DNA of 12,018 nt. It comes from Candidatus Methanophagaceae archaeon (lineage in GTDB: Archaea > Halobacteriota > Syntropharchaeia > Alkanophagales > Methanospirareceae). The position numbers were made by a program, and so were the translations under genes. Each line of letters starts with the position of its first letter. The first letter of the stretch is position 1. Of this stretch, positions 4,955-9,765 are shown piece by piece. The DNA lies in NCBI GenBank assembly GCA_003194425.1, contig PQXB01000004.1:1-12018 (forward strand), given 5' to 3'. Under the pieces are notes generated by a model. The model saw only the letters and a program-made list of their open reading frames with translations. It was not told the DNA's origin and ran no database searches.

Positions 4955-6556
4955 ATGATACTCAAAAATAGGGGAGAGGGGAAAAGGAAAGGGGTAGGAG
5001 CAATTTTTGTCCTCGCGGTTTTTGTGGGAACGGCAGCGTTTGCTCCTTTGAGTGCGAGTAGTGGGGTTGGCGGGTTTGGCGAGTTTGGCGAGGTTAGTAG
5101 CGAAGGCAGCACGCTGGCGGAGTGGTCGCAAAACCACACTGTAAAAGTCAACTCGACCACGAAGGAGCTTGAAATAAATTACAAATATGTTCCAGAAGAG
5201 GAGTGGAGCAAGACCTTCGGCGGTTCTGACTACGATTTTGCAAGATCAGTGCAGCAGACAACAGACGGCGGCTACATCATCGCTGGAGAAACAGAATCGT
5301 ACGGTGCCGGTTCCTACGATTTCTGGCTGGTGAAGACGGATTCAGACGGAAACAAAGTCTGGGACAAGACCTTTGGTGGGGTTGGTTGGGATGGGGCGTA
5401 CTCAGTGCAGCAGACAACAGACGGCGGCTACATCGTCGCGGGATTTACGGATTCGTACGGGGCTGGTGGCTGTGATTTCTGGCTAGTGAAGACGGACGCG
5501 AACGGAAACAAAGTCTGGGACAAGACCTTTGGAGGCGCCAGAAGTGATGGGGCAAAGTCAGTGCAGCAGACAGCGGACGGCGGCTACATCATCGCTGGAG
5601 CCACGTACTCGTACGGCGCTGGTGTCTCTGATTTCTGGCTCGTGAAGACTGATGAGAAAGGTAACAAAGTCTGGGACAAGACCTTCGGAGGCGCCAGAAG
5701 TGATTGGGCAGAGTCAGTGCAGCAGACCGCAGACGAGGGCTTCATCATCGCTTCAACAGAATCGTACGGCGCTGGTGTCTCTGATTTCTGGCTGGTGAAG
5801 ACTGATGAGAACGGTAACAAAGACTGGGACAAGACCTTCGGCGGTTCTGGCTTCGATCGTGCAAGCTCAGTGCAGCAGACAGCGGACGGCGGCTTTATCC
5901 TTGCTGGACGCACGTACTCGTACGGTGCCGGTTCTTACGATGCTTGGCTCGTGAAGACGGACGCGAACGGTAACAAAGACTGGGACAAGACCTTCGGAGG
6001 CGCCAGAAGTGATTGGGCAGAGTCAGTGCAGCAGACCGCAGACGAGGGCTTCATCATCGCTGGATTAACAGACTCGTACGGCGCTGGTTCTTCTGATTTC
6101 TGGCTGGTGAAGGTAAAAGGGGAGGAGCCGACAGAACCGGCAATTTCTATCCAGACAGACAAGCGCGAGTACTCGCCTGGCGAGACGATGACCGTCACAC
6201 TCGGGTTCAAGAACCCAACAGCGAGCAGCGTGAAGGCGAATTTCATCTGGTACCTCGATTGGCTGCCGATTTTGAGCACTGCACTAACGCTACCGCCGAA
6301 GTGTGAGCAGTCGTACGAGTTCTCGATTCCTGTCGGCGAGTGGTCGCCGGTGGGATTTGAGGCTGCGTGGTACGTTGCCTTGTTGGAGCAGGCGGCGCCG
6401 CACGAGACGATCTGCGAGGACAGCGCGGCGTGGAGGTTCGTTCCAACCGCCGCCACAACAGCAACCACAACAACACAAACACAAGTGCCAAAAGAAGTCG
6501 CAGAGCAAATCGCAAGAGAGCTGGAAGTAGAAAGAGAGGAGTTCGCTGCTGCTTGA
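4955..6556 (+). CDS. Secreted protein: signal peptide, six tandem ~52-aa beta-propeller-like (SBBP-like) repeats, Ig/CARDB-like domain, Thr-rich linker, acidic C-terminal helix
   Basis: The N-terminus MILKNRGEGKRKGVGAIFVLAVFVGTAAFAPLSASS has a basic n-region, a hydrophobic core and an A-x-S type cleavage site. The six repeats follow W(D/S)KTFGG...D.A.SVQQT.DGG(Y/F)I(I/V)AG.T.SYGAG..DFWLVKTD..GNK. The C-terminal ISIQTDKREYSPGETMTVTLGFKNPTASSVKANFIWYL looks like an Ig-like beta-sandwich. The linker is TAATTATTTTQTQ. There is no C-terminal TM segment or PGF-CTERM-like anchor. Confidence 0.85.
   Translation: MILKNRGEGKRKGVGAIFVLAVFVGTAAFAPLSASSGVGGFGEFGEVSSEGSTLAEWSQNHTVKVNSTTKELEINYKYVPEEEWSKTFGGSDYDFARSVQQTTDGGYIIAGETESYGAGSYDFWLVKTDSDGNKVWDKTFGGVGWDGAYSVQQTTDGGYIVAGFTDSYGAGGCDFWLVKTDANGNKVWDKTFGGARSDGAKSVQQTADGGYIIAGATYSYGAGVSDFWLVKTDEKGNKVWDKTFGGARSDWAESVQQTADEGFIIASTESYGAGVSDFWLVKTDENGNKDWDKTFGGSGFDRASSVQQTADGGFILAGRTYSYGAGSYDAWLVKTDANGNKDWDKTFGGARSDWAESVQQTADEGFIIAGLTDSYGAGSSDFWLVKVKGEEPTEPAISIQTDKREYSPGETMTVTLGFKNPTASSVKANFIWYLDWLPILSTALTLPPKCEQSYEFSIPVGEWSPVGFEAAWYVALLEQAAPHETICEDSAAWRFVPTAATTATTTTQTQVPKEVAEQIARELEVEREEFAAA
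5204..6136 (+). repeat. Six tandem 156-nt (one 153-nt) intragenic repeat units encoding the propeller-like blades
   Basis: Units start at 5204, 5360, 5516, 5672, 5825 and 5981, each at the W codon tgg. Positions 5672-5752 and 5981-6061 are identical over 81 nt. Unit 4 lacks one Gly codon. Confidence 0.9.
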
Positions 6557-6563
6557 ACTCTAC

Positions 6564-6584
6564 TTCTTTTTTATTTTTTTATTT
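6564..6584 (+). terminator. Oligo-T archaeal-type terminator after the secreted-protein gene
   Basis: T6 (6567-6572), T7 (6574-6580) and T3 (6582-6584) begin about 10 nt after the stop at 6554-6556. Confidence 0.5.
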
Positions 6585-6738
6585 CTGCTATTCAGACACT
6601 TGAATCTCCAATTTACCTCGTTCTAAAGGTAACAAACGCACCAGGGTCTCTGCTTTAACACCAAAGAAGTCGGCAACATCCGGCGGAAGCCTTTAGAAAA
6701 TACTTGTGTAGGTAAAAGATGGAAGAAAGTAGAAGATT

Positions 6739-8241
6739 TCAGATAATCAGCATCCGCCTCACCCGGTCTCGCTTGTGAATCGCGGCTTCAACCGCCCTGT
6801 CCACCTTCCTCTTCATCGCCTCAAAATCCCTCCCTGCACTCACACTCTCGCCCACCGCCTTCTTTACCGGCGTGTAAGCCGACTCGCGGAACTTCGGAAC
6901 AAACTCTCTTCTCACACCCCCAACAACAATTTCCGCACCGCTCCCTTCCCCCGCCGCTTCAACCCTCCCCACCTCCTCAATTCTCACTCCCACACCCCCC
7001 ACGACCTGCTTCACCTCCTCCGCAACCCCCTCCGTGCAAATAACCAGCAGAGCGTCCAGCGAGACACCCAAGTAGTCAATTCCGTGCCTCGCCAACATTC
7101 CAAGCACCTTCTCGTTCACCAACCCTCTCAGCCGCTCCTCAAAAAAGACGAGTTTCACGCCTGCTACCTTCGCAATCTCGTTCGCGTCCCCTCTGACACC
7201 ACCGTTCGTAACATCTGTCAAAACATGAACTCCCGCACCCCCTCGCACCGTTCCCGCCTCGACGAGTGCCTTGCAAGCCCGCAGAAATTTTATGTTCAGC
7301 GTTTCTTTCACGACTTCGAGCTCGCCAAAATAGAGAGCAGCAGTGGAAATCGTGCCCCCGCCCGCCCCCTCGCTCATCAAAATCACATCCCCCGCTCTCG
7401 CCCCTTCTCGCGAAACGACCCCTCCTTCAGCACCTTCAGTACCCTCAGCACCTTCAGTACCCTCAGCACCTTCAGTACCCTCAGCACCCGTAGCCGCCAC
7501 GCCGACCGCCCCGACGCAGCCCGTCATCCGTTCGCCGATCACAACGTCCCCGCCGATTCTCAGCGTCGAGCCGGTAACTAGCGGAACGCCCGTGGCGTCG
7601 GAGACCGCGGAAATCCCGGCAATGTGGTCGAAAATCTTCGCTACATCCCCGTCGTCCGCCAAATGAATGTCCGAGAGCAGCGCAACCGGCGTGGCTCCCA
7701 TCACATAAACATCGCGAAGTGCTGCCCGTGCGACATGAAAACCCGCGAGAAACGGAAAATCGCTCAACCTCGAGTGCATTCCGTCCACTGTCACAACCAC
7801 GAATTTTCCGCTGTCGCCGCCACCCTCCGAATCCGAAAGCCGAACAACGCCCGAATCGCTCAAACTCGACGAGTCAACGACCGCACTCGTCCGCCCAATT
7901 ATCGCAGCAATCTTCTCGTGAGCGTAGAAATCGCCACTGCCTCTCGACCCCACGCCAAACTCGCCCATTCTCACGCCTGTTTTTAGTTCCGTGAAAATCC
8001 CAAGTTCGTCTTTCCTTCCCCCCCTCTCCACCTCCTCCACTAAATCAAGCGTCGTCTTCGCCTCCTCGAGAACCGCCCTCGCAATCTCCTCCGCCTTCTC
8101 TCTTGTTGTGCGACCCCGCTTCACTTCCAAAATCCGACTGCACATTTCAGCGACTATTTCTCTCTCTCTCTCTTCTCGCCCCTCTCCTCTCCTTCCTTCC
8201 GCTTCTCGCAGCCTCCGCTTCGCAAATCCCTCAAGGTCCAT
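6739..8241 (-). CDS. PurM/HypE/ThiL-superfamily (AIR synthase-related) ATP-utilising protein with a charged N-terminal extension; specific function unassigned
   Basis: N-domain-like region: SDSGVVRL...KFVVVTVDGMHSRLSDFPFLAGFHVARAALRDVYVMGATPVALLSDIHLADDGD (compare DDAAV...TtD.h......G..a....lsDl.amGa.P in the PurM superfamily). C-domain-like region: GARAGDVILMSEGAGGGT...HVLTDVTNGGVRGDANEIA. The first ~90 aa are highly charged (REAEGRRGEGREEREREI...). The true start could be an internal Met, for example M33. Two in-frame repeats are present: (TC)7 at 8161-8174 and 3 x 18 bp at 7431-7484. Confidence 0.7.
   Translation of the reverse strand: MDLEGFAKRRLREAEGRRGEGREEREREIVAEMCSRILEVKRGRTTREKAEEIARAVLEEAKTTLDLVEEVERGGRKDELGIFTELKTGVRMGEFGVGSRGSGDFYAHEKIAAIIGRTSAVVDSSSLSDSGVVRLSDSEGGGDSGKFVVVTVDGMHSRLSDFPFLAGFHVARAALRDVYVMGATPVALLSDIHLADDGDVAKIFDHIAGISAVSDATGVPLVTGSTLRIGGDVVIGERMTGCVGAVGVAATGAEGTEGAEGTEGAEGTEGAEGGVVSREGARAGDVILMSEGAGGGTISTAALYFGELEVVKETLNIKFLRACKALVEAGTVRGGAGVHVLTDVTNGGVRGDANEIAKVAGVKLVFFEERLRGLVNEKVLGMLARHGIDYLGVSLDALLVICTEGVAEEVKQVVGGVGVRIEEVGRVEAAGEGSGAEIVVGGVRREFVPKFRESAYTPVKKAVGESVSAGRDFEAMKRKVDRAVEAAIHKRDRVRRMLII
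7422..7489 (-). repeat. 18-bp in-frame tandem repeat (3 perfect copies plus flanking partial copies) inside the PurM-like gene
   Basis: caccttcagtaccctcag occurs at 7431-7448, 7449-7466 and 7467-7484, with partial units on both sides. It encodes TGAEGTEGAEGTEGAEGTEGAEGG. The tract lies between GCVGAVGVAA (end of the N-domain) and VVSREGARAGDVILMSEG (start of the C-domain). Confidence 0.9.
8161..8174 (-). repeat. (TC)7 dinucleotide microsatellite inside the 5' part of the PurM-like ORF
   Basis: tctctctctctctc at 8161-8174, read on the minus strand, forms part of the codons for EEREREI. Confidence 0.85.
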
Positions 8242-8276
8242 TTTATAACAAAAATCCCTTTAAGCAGATAACAAAA
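8242..8276. promoter_or_regulatory. 35-nt divergent spacer between the PurM-like ORF start and nfo
   Basis: ttttataa (8241-8248) lies about 32 nt upstream of the nfo ATG at 8277, which is leaderless-type spacing. No comparably good box is available for the minus-strand gene if it starts at 8241. Confidence 0.4.
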
Positions 8277-9146
8277 ATGGTTCGCGTCGGCTTCCACGTT
8301 TCAATCGCAGGCTCAATTGACAAGGCAGTGGACCGAGCGACGCAGTTGGGCTGCGACACTTTTCAGATCTTCTCGCGTAACCCACGAGGCTGGAAGTTCA
8401 AGCCGCTTACAGCTACGACGCCCGCAGCAGAGCGGTTCGTTGAGAAGGTAGAGCGTTCTGGAATGTTCCCGCCCGTCGACCACATGCCTTACCTCGCAAA
8501 TCTCGCAGCACCGAGCGAGGAGGTTTACCGCCGCTCTGTTGCCGCTCTCGCAGAGGAGTTGCGGCGGTGCGAGGCTCTGCGAATTCCTTTCCTCGTCACT
8601 CACCTCGGCAGCCACAAAGGACGGGGAGACGGCAAAGAGCAGGGTCTTCGGCGCGTAGCGAACGCGATTAACACCGCGTTTAGCGAGGTGGAGAACAGCG
8701 TGGTGCTACTTCTTGAGAACACCGCAGGGACGAAGAACAGTGTAGGCGGAAGCTTTGAAGACCTCGCAGAGATTTTGAGCCGTGTTGAGCTGGAGCGTCG
8801 GGAGCGGGTGGGGGTCTGTTTTGACACCTGCCACGCTTTTGTTGCTGGCTACGACTTGCGGACTGCGGAGGGGGTGAGCGCGACGCTGCGGAATTTTGAC
8901 GAGGTCGTTGGGCTGGGGCGTCTGAAACTCGTGCACCTAAACGACGCAAAGGCTGGTCTGAACTCGCGACTGGACAGGCACGAACACATTGGGCTTGGAA
9001 AGATCGGCGAGCAGGGCTTTCGCGCGATTCTCAAGGACCGTCGCCTGCGGGGGTTGCCGATGATTCTCGAGACGCCTGCTGACGAGCGGCGAGGGGACGC
9101 GGAAAATATCAGGAAGGTGAGGGAACTTGCCGCCGAGTTATTTTGA
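8277..9146 (+). CDS. nfo: Endonuclease IV (AP endonuclease, TIM-barrel, trinuclear Zn site)
   Basis: The ORF-track start (TTG 8103) is rejected; ATG 8277 gives MVRVGFHVSIAGSIDKAVDRATQLGCDTFQIFSRNPRGW, colinear with the E. coli Nfo N-terminus (MKYIGAHVSAAGGL...FTKNQRQW). Metal-ligand blocks are present: HMPYLANL, VTHLGSH, LLENTAG, CFDTCHAF, VHLNDA, DRHEHIG, ILETP. Confidence 0.9.
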   Translation: MVRVGFHVSIAGSIDKAVDRATQLGCDTFQIFSRNPRGWKFKPLTATTPAAERFVEKVERSGMFPPVDHMPYLANLAAPSEEVYRRSVAALAEELRRCEALRIPFLVTHLGSHKGRGDGKEQGLRRVANAINTAFSEVENSVVLLLENTAGTKNSVGGSFEDLAEILSRVELERRERVGVCFDTCHAFVAGYDLRTAEGVSATLRNFDEVVGLGRLKLVHLNDAKAGLNSRLDRHEHIGLGKIGEQGFRAILKDRRLRGLPMILETPADERRGDAENIRKVRELAAELF

Positions 9147-9765
9147 GAGTGAGAAGATTGAAAAGGTTGTGCAGATTCTTAAAGACCTGTACCAAAATAA
9201 AACTTCAAAGAGAAGAGACCCGTTTCTGACTTTGATTTCGTGCCTCTTGAGTCTCCGAACTCGGGACGAAGTAACAGCCGAAGCTGCAAAACGGCTCTTC
9301 GCACTTGCAAGAACGCCGGAGGAGGTGCTGCTGCTAAAACGAGAGGAGGTAGAGGCTGCGATTTTTCCAGTCGGGTTCTACCGAAGGAAGGCGGAGCAAA
9401 TTCTCGGCATTTGCCGCGCCCTCGTTGAGAACTACGGATCGCGGGTGCCGTGTGAGTTGGAAGAGCTCTTAAAACTTAAGGGCGTCGGCAGAAAGACCGC
9501 AAACATCGTTCTCACGCAGGGCTACAACAAACCAGGAATCGCAGTCGACACCCACGTCCACCGCATTTCCAACCGCCTTGGACTCGTAGCGACTAAAACA
9601 CCGAACGAGACCGAGTTTGCACTGCGAAGAACGCTTCCAAAGCGGCACTGGATAATTTTTAACACACTCCTCGTCAGGCACGGTAAGACCGTCTGCACGC
9701 CCCGCCGCCCAAAGTGCAGCTTCTGCCCGCTCGTTAAGTACTGCGAGAGGGGTGGCGTAAAGTAA
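9127..9765 (+). CDS. nth: Endonuclease III (DNA glycosylase/AP lyase, HhH-GPD with [4Fe-4S] cluster loop)
   Basis: RDPFLTLISCLLSLRTRD is the start of the HhH-GPD core. The HhH motif with catalytic Lys is LLKLKGVGRKTANIVL, and the catalytic Asp block is VDTHVHRISNRLG. The C-X6-C-X2-C-X5-C cluster CTPRRPKCSFCPLVKYC lies at 9694-9744. There is no in-frame ATG upstream of the conserved N-terminus. TTG 9127 is the best start and overlaps nfo by 20 nt; GVG 9169 would remove conserved N-terminal residues. Confidence 0.9.
   Translation: MPPSYFESEKIEKVVQILKDLYQNKTSKRRDPFLTLISCLLSLRTRDEVTAEAAKRLFALARTPEEVLLLKREEVEAAIFPVGFYRRKAEQILGICRALVENYGSRVPCELEELLKLKGVGRKTANIVLTQGYNKPGIAVDTHVHRISNRLGLVATKTPNETEFALRRTLPKRHWIIFNTLLVRHGKTVCTPRRPKCSFCPLVKYCERGGVK

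Noticed and set aside
6554-6660. Stop-codon read-through giving the secreted protein a hydrophobic C-terminal anchor (TLLLFYFFISAI... after TGA 6554-6556)
   Set aside because: The hydrophobic residues are simply the translation of the oligo-T terminator. No basic tail or sortase-type motif follows, and there is no evidence for recoding.
6775-7581. Long antisense ORFs: 268 aa at 6775..7581 (+), 177 aa at 5935..6468 (-), 104 aa at 1833..2147 (-), 109 aa at 3889..4218 (-) and 5584..5913 (-), 103 aa at 4589..4900 (-), and others
   Set aside because: They lie entirely opposite well-supported conserved genes. Their translations are low-complexity (P/S/R/T/L-rich) and match no family I recognise. 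This is typical of shadow ORFs in genes that lack stop codons on the antisense strand.
8103-8276. Upstream TTG start for nfo as given in the ORF track (347 aa)
   Set aside because: The extra 58 aa are L/S/P-rich, run antisense to the PurM-like gene, and are not part of any Endo IV I know. ATG 8277 gives the canonical MVRVGFHVS N-terminus.
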